The notes below the pieces were generated by a model. The model did no database searches. It was not told where the DNA came from and worked only from the letters and a program-made list of their open reading frames with translations. A DNA stretch of 64,000 nt. Origin: an uncultured virus (IMG/VR IMGVR_UViG_3300049830_000172) (lineage: Duplodnaviria > Heunggongvirae > Uroviricota > Caudoviricetes). Both the position numbers and the translations under genes were made by a program. Position 1 is the first letter of the stretch. Each line of letters opens with the position of its first letter. Below, in pieces: positions 19,430 to 29,951 of the stretch. The DNA is taken from the IMG/VR virus record IMGVR_UViG_3300049830_000172; one strand, given 5' to 3'.

Positions 19430-20311
19430 TTATTCTCCCTCGTTAGTTGTCGCCAATCTATCTGATGATTTTCTAAATCTTCCACTTGGTAAATTATTTG
19501 ATGGAGCACTTAGAGTGATGTTATTTTTAGATACAGGCGGGGGTAAGTGAATCTTTTTAGCACTACCGATTAAACTTGTCCAATTGTGCTTTCCTCGAAT
19601 GTCTACATAGTTCTCGAAAGCAGTGATAATAGTAGGGCTTCCTTTATTAATTCTGGCACTGGCAATACGCTCTAAGCCACTCATAAAGTAAGCATTTTGA
19701 ATTCCCAGATTTTCAACGCCATCAATGATGACGACATCTGCCGCTTTACATTCTTCAACAATGCGATTTTGCTCCTCTCTGGCGTCAAAATCAGCAAAAA
19801 CTGGCTCCAACTCTACCCAATCAATAAAAACAGTAGATAAGCCACGTGAAACAGCTTCTTGGGCAATAATAGCACCAAGCAACGTTTTCCCGCTCGATGA
19901 TTCTCCAACTATTAAAAGATTTTGAACTGTATCGCCATTTGGAAATCTCAAGGTCAAACCCGCGCACAAACGTGTTAAATTCTGTGTATATTGCGCGATT
20001 GCTCGTTTGATTTTGGTTTTCTTTGTGAAATCAGCCACCGCATCGTTTCCATTTGCGTCGTTTTTAACATGCCAATCATCTTCAAGAGTCATTCCAATAT
20101 ATTTTTGTGGAATGTTTGCTGCGCGACATTTGCGTTCAATAGTTTGCTTGTTCCAGCAAGTGCAATGCTTGACTTTCCCATCTTCCATTGTAAAGGTTCG
20201 ATAATTGCATTTTGGGCAGCCCACGCCGTTTCTGGCTTGTTGTTCTTGAAATAGTTCGTTTCCCTTTTCCAATCTACTCAAAAGGTCGTCATTTTGATTT
20301 TTGATACTCAC
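19430..20311 (-). CDS. DnaC/IstB-like helicase loader
   Basis: N-terminal CPKC..CTC, ANIP..Y, Walker A GESSSGKT, Walker B VVIID; next to dnaB. Confidence 0.75.
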   Translation of the reverse strand: MSIKNQNDDLLSRLEKGNELFQEQQARNGVGCPKCNYRTFTMEDGKVKHCTCWNKQTIERKCRAANIPQKYIGMTLEDDWHVKNDANGNDAVADFTKKTKIKRAIAQYTQNLTRLCAGLTLRFPNGDTVQNLLIVGESSSGKTLLGAIIAQEAVSRGLSTVFIDWVELEPVFADFDAREEQNRIVEECKAADVVIIDGVENLGIQNAYFMSGLERIASARINKGSPTIITAFENYVDIRGKHNWTSLIGSAKKIHLPPPVSKNNITLSAPSNNLPSGRFRKSSDRLATTNEGE

Positions 20312-22005
20312 AATTGTTCATCCTCTTCTATAGCTTGCTCGTGTGCGGCTACAGTGTTTCTTGGCGCTTGCTTGATTCTGGCTATTTCAGACTGAATCGT
20401 GGTGCTTTTACGGGGAACTGAAGCGTGTCGCGCTCTTGAACGAGCCCATACACGCAAAGCATCTACTTGTTCTTTCATTTGTACAGAAAGTGGTACCGTT
20501 TCCCGCAACGATGTGACAATATCTTGAGTATTAATTTGGCGCTTTCCCTCGTCAAACCCAACATACATTGCATCCACAATTGCAGCCTCAATTTCAGCGC
20601 CCGTAAATCCATCAGAACTTTGAACAAGACTATCCATATCAAACATTGTGACATCTCTTTCACGCAATTCCAGATGAATTGTGAATATTTCTGCTCTTTC
20701 TTCAGGAAGAGGTAAATCTACAAAGAAAATTTCATCAAAGCGACCTTTTCTGATAAGCTCTGGTGGCAATGATGAAATGTCATTTGCGGTGGCAAAAAGA
20801 ATAACTGGTTTTGTTTTCATCTGCATCCATGTAAGAAATGTAGCAAATACGCGACTGGAAGTTCCACCATCAGTGTAGTTACTACTGCCAGAGCCACTAA
20901 AACCCTTTTCAAGTTCATCACACCACAAAATACATGGCGCAATTGATTCGGCAACTTTAATAGCCATTCGAATATTTTCTTCAGTGCTTCCAAGTGTTCC
21001 AGAAAATAAAGAGCCAACATCCAATCGAAGCAAGGGAAGCTTGTAATAATCGGCTAAAGCCTCTGCTAAGCGACTTTTACCACAACCCTGGACACCAACA
21101 GCCAGAACTCCTTTAATTGATTCGGGAAGTCCATATTCTTTGGCATCATTTCCAAATGCATTTTTTCGTTTTTTAAGCCATTTTTTAAATTCAGACATTC
21201 CACCAACGCTATCAATGTCAACTGTTGAATCACGCCAATCCAACAAACCTGATTCTCTAATAATTTCGCGCTTTCTTGAAGCCATGAAAACAGGGCTTAA
21301 TTTATCCCTGGTTAATACGATATAGCTATTAAGCAGCTCTATTTCCGTGAGTGTCAAACCCTGTAATGAGCTTACAATTTCATCTTGTTCATCGGCGGTA
21401 TATTGCGTTTGAAATTCACTCAATTCTGGGCGTTTTTTAATCGTTTCCAGCATCTTATCGACTTCCTCGGAAATGTGTTCTTTTTCTGGTAACGGCCAGT
21501 CGATAATGGTTGCCATCTTTTGCAATTCTGGTGGTAAATTTAAAGAAATGCCCATCACAATAATACACTTGTGTTTGTATTTGTATTTTTGACACATATT
21601 GCGAATTTGGCGCACAACTTGTTTTTCGATTTGGTCGGATATTTGACCATGCTCAAAGAACTTTTGATAATCTTTCAAAACTAAAATCGTATAGTTGTCA
21701 TCAGCACTATCATCTAATCCATCGCTCAATCCATCAAACCAAGATAACACACTTAATTGGTCTGCTGCTTCTCCATTTTGCGGAAGGCTGGCTTTAGGAT
21801 TATTGCAAACAAGTTGTCCAGTAATATCCCATCCATACATCGTCCACTGACCACCCTTAGCCTTGCGGTCACAGATACGTTCGAGAGCCGCCCACACTCT
21901 TTCTTCTTCGTGAGTGCAAATGTAAAGTAAAGGTCGATTGGAGCGGATTTGCCAATCGACCTCTCTCATACATAATCGGTGTTGAGATGTTGTATCCTGA
22001 GACAT
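20308..22005 (-). CDS. Ycf46-like AAA+ ATPase
   Basis: THEEER, VGGM..FK.W, GVQGCGKS, WCDELEKG, TANDI..LPPE..RKGRFDEIFFVDLP. Confidence 0.85.
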   Translation of the reverse strand: MSQDTTSQHRLCMREVDWQIRSNRPLLYICTHEEERVWAALERICDRKAKGGQWTMYGWDITGQLVCNNPKASLPQNGEAADQLSVLSWFDGLSDGLDDSADDNYTILVLKDYQKFFEHGQISDQIEKQVVRQIRNMCQKYKYKHKCIIVMGISLNLPPELQKMATIIDWPLPEKEHISEEVDKMLETIKKRPELSEFQTQYTADEQDEIVSSLQGLTLTEIELLNSYIVLTRDKLSPVFMASRKREIIRESGLLDWRDSTVDIDSVGGMSEFKKWLKKRKNAFGNDAKEYGLPESIKGVLAVGVQGCGKSRLAEALADYYKLPLLRLDVGSLFSGTLGSTEENIRMAIKVAESIAPCILWCDELEKGFSGSGSSNYTDGGTSSRVFATFLTWMQMKTKPVILFATANDISSLPPELIRKGRFDEIFFVDLPLPEERAEIFTIHLELRERDVTMFDMDSLVQSSDGFTGAEIEAAIVDAMYVGFDEGKRQINTQDIVTSLRETVPLSVQMKEQVDALRVWARSRARHASVPRKSTTIQSEIARIKQAPRNTVAAHEQAIEEDEQL

Positions 22006-22022
22006 AATTCGATTATAGTTCC

Positions 22023-22892
22023 TTAAGAGCTTTTTTGAGCAACGATTTCCCTGTATTTTGCCAGTGGTTTACCCTTATAGTCATTTTCTCGCCACCAACT
22101 TTCAAGTTCAAAACTTTTAACGATGTCAGAGTACATATCTCGCCAATCTAAAAACTCATAATCTGGTCTATATGGAGAATTAATGATAGATTTGTGGAAA
22201 ATTTTCTTTGCCTCATTTCTGTCACTTTGAATTAATATAACAAGACGTTTTCTAATTGCTTCGACTAAACGCACACTATCTACATTACGCACATGAATCA
22301 TATATGTAGCTGTGATAGGAATGCCATATTTTACGAAAACTTCAATATCACCACCTGTTGCAAATGCCTCAGTTAATTCATCTAACAATGAAATCTCCTC
22401 AACTGTTCTTTGTATCTTTTCTCCCTCAATTAATGGCAAAATTTCATCTTGATAAAAGTAGTTAATGGTGTTTAAAATCGTATGCGGGTTGAAATACCCA
22501 AACTTTCTTTGAATCAAATCACGACGGGAAAATGCCCAGTCAATGAATTTTTTAGTCCACTCGCTTTTATCTAATCCATTAGATGCGAAGAAATGCAACA
22601 TGGCTTGAAAAGCTGTCCCGTCCGCTCGATAAACACGTCTATAATTTCCGTTTGTAACTTCTTGGAATTTTTTAGCAAAGTAATCAACAAAATCTTTGGC
22701 ATTCCAATCAGCAACATTATTTTTCTCTTTGATATCAATATCTCCAAGAGTTATTTGTCCCTCTTTTTTATCGCGCTTTTTGGATTGAATAGGGTGCATT
22801 AATTGCCCCTCTTCGGGCACTGGTGAGGTAAGAATACGATTAATGATATCCTTTACATTGTCATCCACTTTTGTTTTACGCATAGTCTTCAT
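22023..22892 (-). CDS. Hypothetical protein
   Basis: 289-aa ORF in the operon. Confidence 0.7.
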   Translation of the reverse strand: MKTMRKTKVDDNVKDIINRILTSPVPEEGQLMHPIQSKKRDKKEGQITLGDIDIKEKNNVADWNAKDFVDYFAKKFQEVTNGNYRRVYRADGTAFQAMLHFFASNGLDKSEWTKKFIDWAFSRRDLIQRKFGYFNPHTILNTINYFYQDEILPLIEGEKIQRTVEEISLLDELTEAFATGGDIEVFVKYGIPITATYMIHVRNVDSVRLVEAIRKRLVILIQSDRNEAKKIFHKSIINSPYRPDYEFLDWRDMYSDIVKSFELESWWRENDYKGKPLAKYREIVAQKSS

Positions 22893-23613
22893 CTCCTTCC
22901 ATTAGGGCATCCATTTCAATCCTTAAAACTTTCAATTCTTCATAATCAATTTCTCGCACAGTTGAGTGCCCCAAATCATTACTAACATAGAATATTTTGT
23001 TCGATATTTTACCAAAAATATCACCCATGTGAGTCGCAAAAATAATCTGTCTACCAGTTAACTCATGAATGGCTTTCATCCATCTTGCCACCATGTGAAT
23101 TTTCATATCTTTAGACATAGATTTAAATGTTTCATCAAACAATACGGGGCCGTCGTATTGGTGCCAATCAAGAGCACCTAAGCGCAAGGAAGTGGCGGAC
23201 ACTTCAATGCATCCACCGCCTCTGCTACCAAACAATTTAGTAACCAATGGTTTGCCACCTTTTCCATAATCTGAAGACATTTGAATTTCCATCTTGAAAT
23301 TATTTGTTCCAGCTTTTCTCACGTCTTCAAAATCACAAAAATTAATGCCATATCCATTTCCATAAATCATTTTTAGAGCAGAAGAACCAATGTTTTCAAT
23401 CGCGCTAATCGCTTGCTTTCTTCTATTTGTAATTTCGGATAAAAGAAAGAGATTAGCTTTTTCAGACCTCTGTTTAACAGCTTGTGATTCGACCAATACA
23501 ACCGTCTCTTCTTGCTTACTTTTTAACAACTGATTTCGAACTCCACGTTTTTCATGAAGCTCCTCGCGAAGTTTATCCAGTTGTTGTTTAGTGCTTTCCC
23601 AACGCAGTGTCAT
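22876..23613 (-). CDS. SbcC/Rad50 C-terminal half
   Basis: Coiled coil, signature-like SRGGG, Walker B VLFDE, H-loop IIFATH. Confidence 0.8.
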   Translation of the reverse strand: MTLRWESTKQQLDKLREELHEKRGVRNQLLKSKQEETVVLVESQAVKQRSEKANLFLLSEITNRRKQAISAIENIGSSALKMIYGNGYGINFCDFEDVRKAGTNNFKMEIQMSSDYGKGGKPLVTKLFGSRGGGCIEVSATSLRLGALDWHQYDGPVLFDETFKSMSKDMKIHMVARWMKAIHELTGRQIIFATHMGDIFGKISNKIFYVSNDLGHSTVREIDYEELKVLRIEMDALMEGDEDYA

Positions 23614-23864
23614 TAAGTCACCTGTTTAGCCTTAGCAAGCTCTTGTTCAAGCTCATTAATTAACTTTTCACCCTTCTCTTCTTGAGTGATGATAAATTCA
23701 TTTATTTTTTGAGCTGGCACACCAAAATTATCATTACTAAATGTTTCATATTCCTGTCGCTTCGGGCGCAATTCATCAAGCTGGGTTTTTCGCAATCCAG
23801 CGACAATCTCAGCTTGTTTTATAGATTCTAGCAATTCCCTGTATCGTTCTTCAAGTGTTTTCAT
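23613..23864 (-). CDS. Small coiled-coil protein
   Basis: 83 aa with heptad pattern; translationally coupled to both neighbours. Confidence 0.65.
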   Translation of the reverse strand: MKTLEERYRELLESIKQAEIVAGLRKTQLDELRPKRQEYETFSNDNFGVPAQKINEFIITQEEKGEKLINELEQELAKAKQVT

Positions 23865-24844
23865 GTTGATTTTTTCTTCATTTTTTCGTCGTTGACAACT
23901 TTAACAGCATCAACCGCTAATTCAATGATTTCTCCGTCGATTTGTTTTATTTTACCTGCTGCGCGAAGACTATCATATTTATCCTCGATGTCGTCCCATG
24001 TGGCAATTTGTGTAACACGTTTTACGTATTCTTTTTTGTCTAAAGATGCTTGTTTTTTCTCTTTGATTTGCTCAACTCTAAATATTTCATCTTGATGCGC
24101 GGATTTCATCAAAGTTATATATTTTTGGCGATATTTAGAGCAATCATCATTATGTTCCAACAGCAAAACTTGAGGCACACGCGACATATTTTCCTGTGTC
24201 GCTCTTTCTCTTCCAACATTGCCAGGATTAATGAATATTTTGCCGTCTTTTCGACTGCTTTCCATTGGGAAATGAATATGTCCAGCAATGACAAATTTAG
24301 TCTTTTCAGCAAGTGGCATTTCGTCAAATATTACATAGTCTCCATAGTACGGTGCCAAAACGATACTGGTGTGAACAACCACAATAGGCATCTCTGTTTT
24401 TTGCAGAATTCCGCTTTTAATTTCATTCACCAAAGAGTTCCTGAAATGACCAAAATATATTCCCAATTCTGGAGCTTCTTCCACCATTTCCAAACTACCA
24501 TCTTCTAGCAAAGTTCCAAGAGTCGATTTCTTTAAATTTTGCATATTATGGTCGATATCATGATTACCAACACAAACCAATTTTCTAAATGGCCAGGGGT
24601 CTCCATTTGAGTCTGAGCGCAAGATATTTATAACAGCATTTCGACATAAAGCACTAACTTCAATTCTGTGGAAAACATCACCTAAAAATATCACAGATTC
24701 GCAATTGTATTTCTTCGCAATATCAAGAGATTCTTGAAGTTCCGTTAAACAGGCTTCCATATAATTGTCACACCGACTTGATGGCGTAATATTGTCAATA
24801 TGATTATCACCAATAAACAATTTTCTATGCATTACTTCACTCAT
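23861..24844 (-). CDS. sbcD: SbcD/Mre11-like metallophosphoesterase nuclease
   Basis: GDNH, LGDVFH, VGNHD, GHIH, NPG; ATGA overlap at 24844. Confidence 0.85.
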   Translation of the reverse strand: MSEVMHRKLFIGDNHIDNITPSSRCDNYMEACLTELQESLDIAKKYNCESVIFLGDVFHRIEVSALCRNAVINILRSDSNGDPWPFRKLVCVGNHDIDHNMQNLKKSTLGTLLEDGSLEMVEEAPELGIYFGHFRNSLVNEIKSGILQKTEMPIVVVHTSIVLAPYYGDYVIFDEMPLAEKTKFVIAGHIHFPMESSRKDGKIFINPGNVGRERATQENMSRVPQVLLLEHNDDCSKYRQKYITLMKSAHQDEIFRVEQIKEKKQASLDKKEYVKRVTQIATWDDIEDKYDSLRAAGKIKQIDGEIIELAVDAVKVVNDEKMKKKST

Positions 24845-26007
24845 TCGCACACATCCATAGATTTCGGTCGTTGACAAATATTGCACCACAATCCGGTGTC
24901 TCGCATCTCAACAATAGCCTTATTATATTCCTCTTGATATGTCGCTAAGGTTTCTGTTTCTTTGATGTATTCTTTGTTGAGTTTTTTTCCAAGTTCAATT
25001 AAATCATCGTATAGCTTTTTAAAATCCCTTGCCTGAGAAATAGTCAATAAAATATCATCAATTTTTGCAGTTATTTTTTGAGGTTTTGCTCCAAGAATAA
25101 TGTCGCATTCTTTTAGCACTTTTATTGCCTCATTCTCACGAATAGATAATGTTTCATAATCTTTTGACAATTTCTGAGCAGCCGATAACGTCTTTAAAGT
25201 TGATTGAATTTCAGGCAAATAAGTTGATAGAACAGATATCTTTGTGGCCTCTTTTAATGCGGTGTTAGCAACGCGCCCCATTTCCATCAAATCGTCATAG
25301 TTTTGTTTCAAATTTCTTGCATTTGTTACTACGTCAGAAATCTCGTCTATTTGTTCAGATAAATGCTCCATTTTATCCATATGATTTAATTGTGCATCCA
25401 GTGAATCATATGTCTTTAGTTGTTCGTTGTAATTTTCAATTCGCTTTGTGCTATCTTTGATTTGACGATTGGCTGTGTTGGCTTTTTTGTTTAGTAATTC
25501 TGCCGCTTCCTCAAAATCATCAATGCCAGTAAGCCGCGAAATAGTTCTCGGAAGCTCAGATGATGAAAGTGTGACTAAAAACAATGGCTGATGTTGGTCT
25601 GCGTATGCTATTGGCCCGCTCTCTTCGTCAATCGGAGGGTTGCCAAGAACTGCAAGCACTTCAGGGGGTAAAGTTGCCCCTATGCGCTCATACCCTTCCT
25701 CGAAACCATCTTTATCTTTAATCAGCACGGCATTTCTATGCTCGCCCTTAATACGACACAGATAACACCCGTCATTCCACCAAATATGAACTCGCGCTTC
25801 GTCACAACCTTGGCGAATGAAATCATTTCCTCGCGGTTGATTGTGATATGCCAAATTAATAGCTCTGAGTACAGCAGATTTCCCAGCATCGCTAGAGCCA
25901 ACAAGTAGATTAATGCCAGGACTTAACTCAAACTCCGTGTCTTCATGAGATTGAAAATTTTCAATTCTCACCTTGACAATATATCTTGGCTGATTCAAGG
26001 TTTTCAT
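24841..26007 (-). CDS. SbcC/Rad50 N-terminal half ending at the zinc hook
   Basis: IENFQSH, GSSDAGKS, Q-loop, coiled coil, terminal CNICQR. Confidence 0.85.
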   Translation of the reverse strand: MKTLNQPRYIVKVRIENFQSHEDTEFELSPGINLLVGSSDAGKSAVLRAINLAYHNQPRGNDFIRQGCDEARVHIWWNDGCYLCRIKGEHRNAVLIKDKDGFEEGYERIGATLPPEVLAVLGNPPIDEESGPIAYADQHQPLFLVTLSSSELPRTISRLTGIDDFEEAAELLNKKANTANRQIKDSTKRIENYNEQLKTYDSLDAQLNHMDKMEHLSEQIDEISDVVTNARNLKQNYDDLMEMGRVANTALKEATKISVLSTYLPEIQSTLKTLSAAQKLSKDYETLSIRENEAIKVLKECDIILGAKPQKITAKIDDILLTISQARDFKKLYDDLIELGKKLNKEYIKETETLATYQEEYNKAIVEMRDTGLWCNICQRPKSMDVCE

Positions 26008-26008
26008 A

Positions 26009-26539
26009 TTAAAATTCCTCGTTATCCGTGTTAATCATAGCAATAATCCCACCAAAGTACAATTTCAATAATGCAGCACGAGAATCAAGCATAGTTACAT
26101 CTTCGTTCATTCCATCGTGAATTGACACACCAGTTAGTTGGATTTTTGGTATTTGTATAGCAGGCGCATGTTCAATACAATCACACGCCACCGAGCCCAC
26201 GGCGAAAACACGCTCACACCCAATGCATTGGATTACTTTGGTATCATACCTCGGAATTGCATATAAACAGTCAGCAGAGGGCAAAGAATCCCTGCTAACG
26301 TCCAATTTAAAGAACGCAACGAGAAAACCATCAAGCTTATTATATTGCTTGCTGTGAAAAGCGCCAATGATTTTACCGTCATAGTAAACTGGCGCAGAGG
26401 AAGAAAGTGTGGCAAGTGAAAGTGTTTCGCGATTGCAAAAAATCTTATCGCACCCAATGGTGTCGGCACGCATTAGCCAAATCATGCCGTGGTCGTTTTC
26501 TAAGTGTACGTCACCTAAGTTATGGTAATTTTGATTCAC
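26009..26539 (-). CDS. Hypothetical Cys-containing protein (weak resemblance to prohead protease)
   Basis: 176-aa ORF; CIGC...CDC. Confidence 0.5.
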   Translation of the reverse strand: MNQNYHNLGDVHLENDHGMIWLMRADTIGCDKIFCNRETLSLATLSSSAPVYYDGKIIGAFHSKQYNKLDGFLVAFFKLDVSRDSLPSADCLYAIPRYDTKVIQCIGCERVFAVGSVACDCIEHAPAIQIPKIQLTGVSIHDGMNEDVTMLDSRAALLKLYFGGIIAMINTDNEEF

Positions 26540-26597
26540 AGATGTATCCTTTGTACAAGGTGCCGAGCGCTGAATTCACAAATTGGAATATTAGGCC

Positions 26598-26786
26598 ATG
26601 GAAGTGTACGTTAAAGTTGATAAACAGTTTCTAGTAGAGGAACTTTACAGATTGAAGAAGCATTTACCTGCTGAAGAATCTACCGCCCGCGATGTATTAC
26701 AAGAAATTTTGCTATATGTTAATTCAGCAACGTTGCTTGAAGATTCCAAAAATAAGCTTCCGAGAATGCGCGGAATGAAGAGTTAA
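26598..26786 (+). CDS. Hypothetical protein
   Basis: First gene of a 3-gene plus-strand unit. Confidence 0.6.
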   Translation: MEVYVKVDKQFLVEELYRLKKHLPAEESTARDVLQEILLYVNSATLLEDSKNKLPRMRGMKS

Positions 26787-26787
26787 A

Positions 26788-27228
26788 ATGAATATAGTGC
26801 AAGATTCCTATACGAAAACAATTGATGCAAAAATACAACAGTATGTGCATGAATTGTTGAAATCAATAGATAATGCTGAGTCAAATGGATTTTTAAAAGA
26901 AGCAGATGACGCACATAAATCGTTCATTAAAATTGCGCAGGCACCAGGGAATGCATATTCAACATTCGACCCATCAACTATTCCGCCTGCTATTTCAGCT
27001 ATTTTGGCAAATTTGAACTACAAAGTAACAGAATTAACAACTAAGCAACAGCAAATGTCTCAACAACTGGGCGGGGCGCAGCAACAACAAAAACCTGCGC
27101 AGCAACAACAAAATGTGAGCACGATGCAAAATCAAAATCCAATTAATCCAGATGTTGTTAACTATATTCAAACACCTGGCTCAAATCCCGCACCTATTGA
27201 TATGGATGGCGGCGAAATCAATGTATAA
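26788..27228 (+). CDS. Hypothetical Q-rich protein
   Basis: 146 aa with GFLKEAD..KIAQ and poly-Q. Confidence 0.7.
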   Translation: MNIVQDSYTKTIDAKIQQYVHELLKSIDNAESNGFLKEADDAHKSFIKIAQAPGNAYSTFDPSTIPPAISAILANLNYKVTELTTKQQQMSQQLGGAQQQQKPAQQQQNVSTMQNQNPINPDVVNYIQTPGSNPAPIDMDGGEINV

Positions 27229-27233
27229 TCATT

Positions 27234-27530
27234 GTGGAGATTATTTTGGATTACAAACGACTGCAAGAAATACAAGCATTACCAACACCAACTACAAAGG
27301 ATGTTGTTGAGATTACATCTGAGAATTTTTTAAGTGCAAGCAAGCATAGCAAAGACATTAAAGCCATGCTCGTTGAAATACTCGAAGGTGTCAATGATTT
27401 GAGCAGCAGGATTGCCGTGCTCGAAGCAAGACAATCCAGTATATTTCAGATTGAAGAAGGCGAAGATGTAGATGAAGAATTTGACGATGAGATGAGTCTC
27501 GAAGAAGAAATTGCTTTATCAGAAGATTAA
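27234..27530 (+). CDS. Hypothetical acidic protein
   Basis: 98-aa ORF. Confidence 0.6.
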   Translation: MEIILDYKRLQEIQALPTPTTKDVVEITSENFLSASKHSKDIKAMLVEILEGVNDLSSRIAVLEARQSSIFQIEEGEDVDEEFDDEMSLEEEIALSED

Positions 27531-28312
27531 TTTACGTCGCCAAGATTGTGTCTAAATTCAAATTCTTTGTCACAGTCAAAACAGCCGAACATATTTTCAC
27601 CCATTGGATAAATTTTCTCACTCTCACAAGCTGGACACATAATGACTAAAAATCCATCATTGTCGATTCGCCAATTTTTCTTATCTTGGTGAACAAGGTT
27701 ATCCGCCGCAGTTAACACGATACCACTGACCGAATTTTTAGTGGTATCGAAATCGGCTTCAATTAACCCAATAGCCCGCATACCCTCGACACTTAACTCA
27801 CCCTCGGCAGCAGCATCGCCAAGCATATCAATAACTTCAGCGTCGAAATTATGCACTTCGCCATCTTCATCTTCAATAAGAAATGTTGTAACACCGTGTC
27901 TTGTGTGACTGACTTCTTTGATGGTGTTTGCCAATTCCTTCGTTGTGTCATCGTGCTCTTTATCGCCAGAGTCAATGTAGCCCTCTTTGCTCGTTCCTCG
28001 GTTTTTAATAACGTCTTGGTCAGTTAATCGAAATGCTGGTGCCGATGCCGCTCCAGTGTTTTCGTATAAATCAATTGCAAGAGCAATTCGAGCATTAAGA
28101 TTATCAACTGGTGTCACGGCAGCTTTCAAACATGCGGCTGCTATTCGCTTAGCTGCATAAAGACCGTTCATGGGCATAATGCCAACTCTGTCCCAAAAAT
28201 ACGTCTGTAGCTCTTTTAGACATGCTGCTGCATCTACATCAAGCGATTTGATATCAGCGTCAAGAGTTGTTTTAAATGTTGTTTGTCCACGGAGAATGTT
28301 TGCGTCACTCAT
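27527..28312 (-). CDS. Hypothetical protein with C-terminal Zn ribbon
   Basis: CPAC...CFDC; TATAAC 7 nt before ATG. Confidence 0.7.
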   Translation of the reverse strand: MSDANILRGQTTFKTTLDADIKSLDVDAAACLKELQTYFWDRVGIMPMNGLYAAKRIAAACLKAAVTPVDNLNARIALAIDLYENTGAASAPAFRLTDQDVIKNRGTSKEGYIDSGDKEHDDTTKELANTIKEVSHTRHGVTTFLIEDEDGEVHNFDAEVIDMLGDAAAEGELSVEGMRAIGLIEADFDTTKNSVSGIVLTAADNLVHQDKKNWRIDNDGFLVIMCPACESEKIYPMGENMFGCFDCDKEFEFRHNLGDVN

Positions 28313-28327
28313 GCAAGATGTTATACA

Positions 28328-29155
28328 CTAATGTATGGAAAAATGCATTTCTACTGGATAGGAATATCCACCAGGCAATATTGTCTCAAATATAAACGAC
28401 TCTCCGGGGTTTATTGTTTGTTTGTAAATAATGAGCGTGTGCTTTGTCGGTACGACTGGCGTTAGTTTAACTAATCCATTTTGAATAAAACACATAGAAG
28501 CTCTACCGCCTCTTGGTGATATAGAAATTTCAATAACTGATGCTTTAATCATCACAGGTTTGATTACAAATTTAAACGTAGTTCCGTAATCTCCATCTAC
28601 AAAATTATTGCGATGAGTTCCCAATCTAATCACATCTGACTTTATAACAGATGGAAATAGTTCAATCTGTTCAGTGACGTTGTTGGATTCAGAGACTTTA
28701 TTGGGAAAAATATGCTTATTGTTGCCAAAAAATGATTCAATTGTAGTATTGGCTTCAGTAAAACCATCGCATATTCCAGAAATAGTTTCCCCTGATTCCA
28801 GCATTGTCGAAAAACATACGCCACCTATTTTATCAACGGGCTTACAATCAAAAAAATGTTTCACTCCGCCAACACCCGCACAACCAGGTTCGCTGGAGAT
28901 ACCATAGCCAAATCTGTAATTTTTTATACCATGGTTGAAATGAATCACAAATTGCTGTTTTTTGTGAGTTTTATTGACGAAATGAAAAAAAACTCGTGTC
29001 TTTTGTTCCTTATCCGGGGTGACAATACTACCAAGAAGTCCACTTTTAAGAATAGATTCTGGAGAATTAAGGTAATACAATTTCTCGGAAGGCACCGATA
29101 TTGTGGTATTCTGAAAATACGCAACAGTTCCAAACAAAAAAGCACCGAGCCACAT
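28328..29155 (-). CDS. Hypothetical exported beta-rich protein
   Basis: Hydrophobic N-terminus; NSPE, GDYG and SPRGG motifs. Confidence 0.6.
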   Translation of the reverse strand: MWLGAFLFGTVAYFQNTTISVPSEKLYYLNSPESILKSGLLGSIVTPDKEQKTRVFFHFVNKTHKKQQFVIHFNHGIKNYRFGYGISSEPGCAGVGGVKHFFDCKPVDKIGGVCFSTMLESGETISGICDGFTEANTTIESFFGNNKHIFPNKVSESNNVTEQIELFPSVIKSDVIRLGTHRNNFVDGDYGTTFKFVIKPVMIKASVIEISISPRGGRASMCFIQNGLVKLTPVVPTKHTLIIYKQTINPGESFIFETILPGGYSYPVEMHFSIH

Positions 29156-29285
29156 CGCCCATTACCATAATTGCATAGCAATTAATGTTTCATTAGGCGA
29201 TTTTGTTTTATCACCTGTATTGCAGACCAAGTAAATTTACGTATTTGCAAAAATGGTCAAAAATAGTGTATAATCGAGATTCAAC

Positions 29286-29891
29286 ATGAGTAACACCACC
29301 GCCCCGCGCTGCCCAGAATATAATGCGGCATTAGTTAAATTAGAGACAGATTGTTTAGATAGTGCAATGATGTATGGTTTTGACGGAAAACCTTTTACTG
29401 AAGTGCAGAAATCAGCAAAAGCAATCATAGCAGACATGTTATCAATTTTTGAAGCAAAAGATACAGATTACGCAGCAAATGGTAAACCCATGGGTAATTT
29501 GAGGTCTTCGGAAGAGCTTGGTATTCCCGCTTATAAGGGAACGCTGTTGCGAATGGGTGATAAGAAACAACGCATTATGTCTTACGCTTCTCGTGGGCAT
29601 TATCAAGTAAAAGATGAGCAAATTGCAGATACGCTAAAAGATTTAGCTAACTATGCTTGTTTGGCTTCTGTGTTATTCGGGGAAGTTTATCCAAAAACAA
29701 CATTTGGTCGCGGTGGAAAAGCCGAAGAGATTATGCGTCACTTTCATATGTTGGCGCTGAGAGCTATTCATTGCAAGGCATTGGCTGAATCTGAGGTGAA
29801 ATATCCCAAGGTAACTTCATGGCAGGAGCAGCCACTTCGAGATTTGATTTCACATTTTGACGCGATTGCCACATTTGCACGCGAGAACTAA
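29286..29891 (+). CDS. Nucleotide modification-associated domain 1 (DUF1599-like) protein
   Basis: K..DYA...N......G..LRM.DK..R...KDE...DTL.DLANY. Confidence 0.7.
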   Translation: MSNTTAPRCPEYNAALVKLETDCLDSAMMYGFDGKPFTEVQKSAKAIIADMLSIFEAKDTDYAANGKPMGNLRSSEELGIPAYKGTLLRMGDKKQRIMSYASRGHYQVKDEQIADTLKDLANYACLASVLFGEVYPKTTFGRGGKAEEIMRHFHMLALRAIHCKALAESEVKYPKVTSWQEQPLRDLISHFDAIATFAREN

Positions 29892-29951
29892 CGTTCATTA
29901 ACAGGTTGATACAGCCCCAATCTTGTAAAAGAGATTAGGGCTTTTCTGTTT

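Noticed and set aside
65..26000. Many short plus-strand ORFs in the ORF track
   Set aside because: They are antisense shadows of well-supported minus-strand genes and have no motifs
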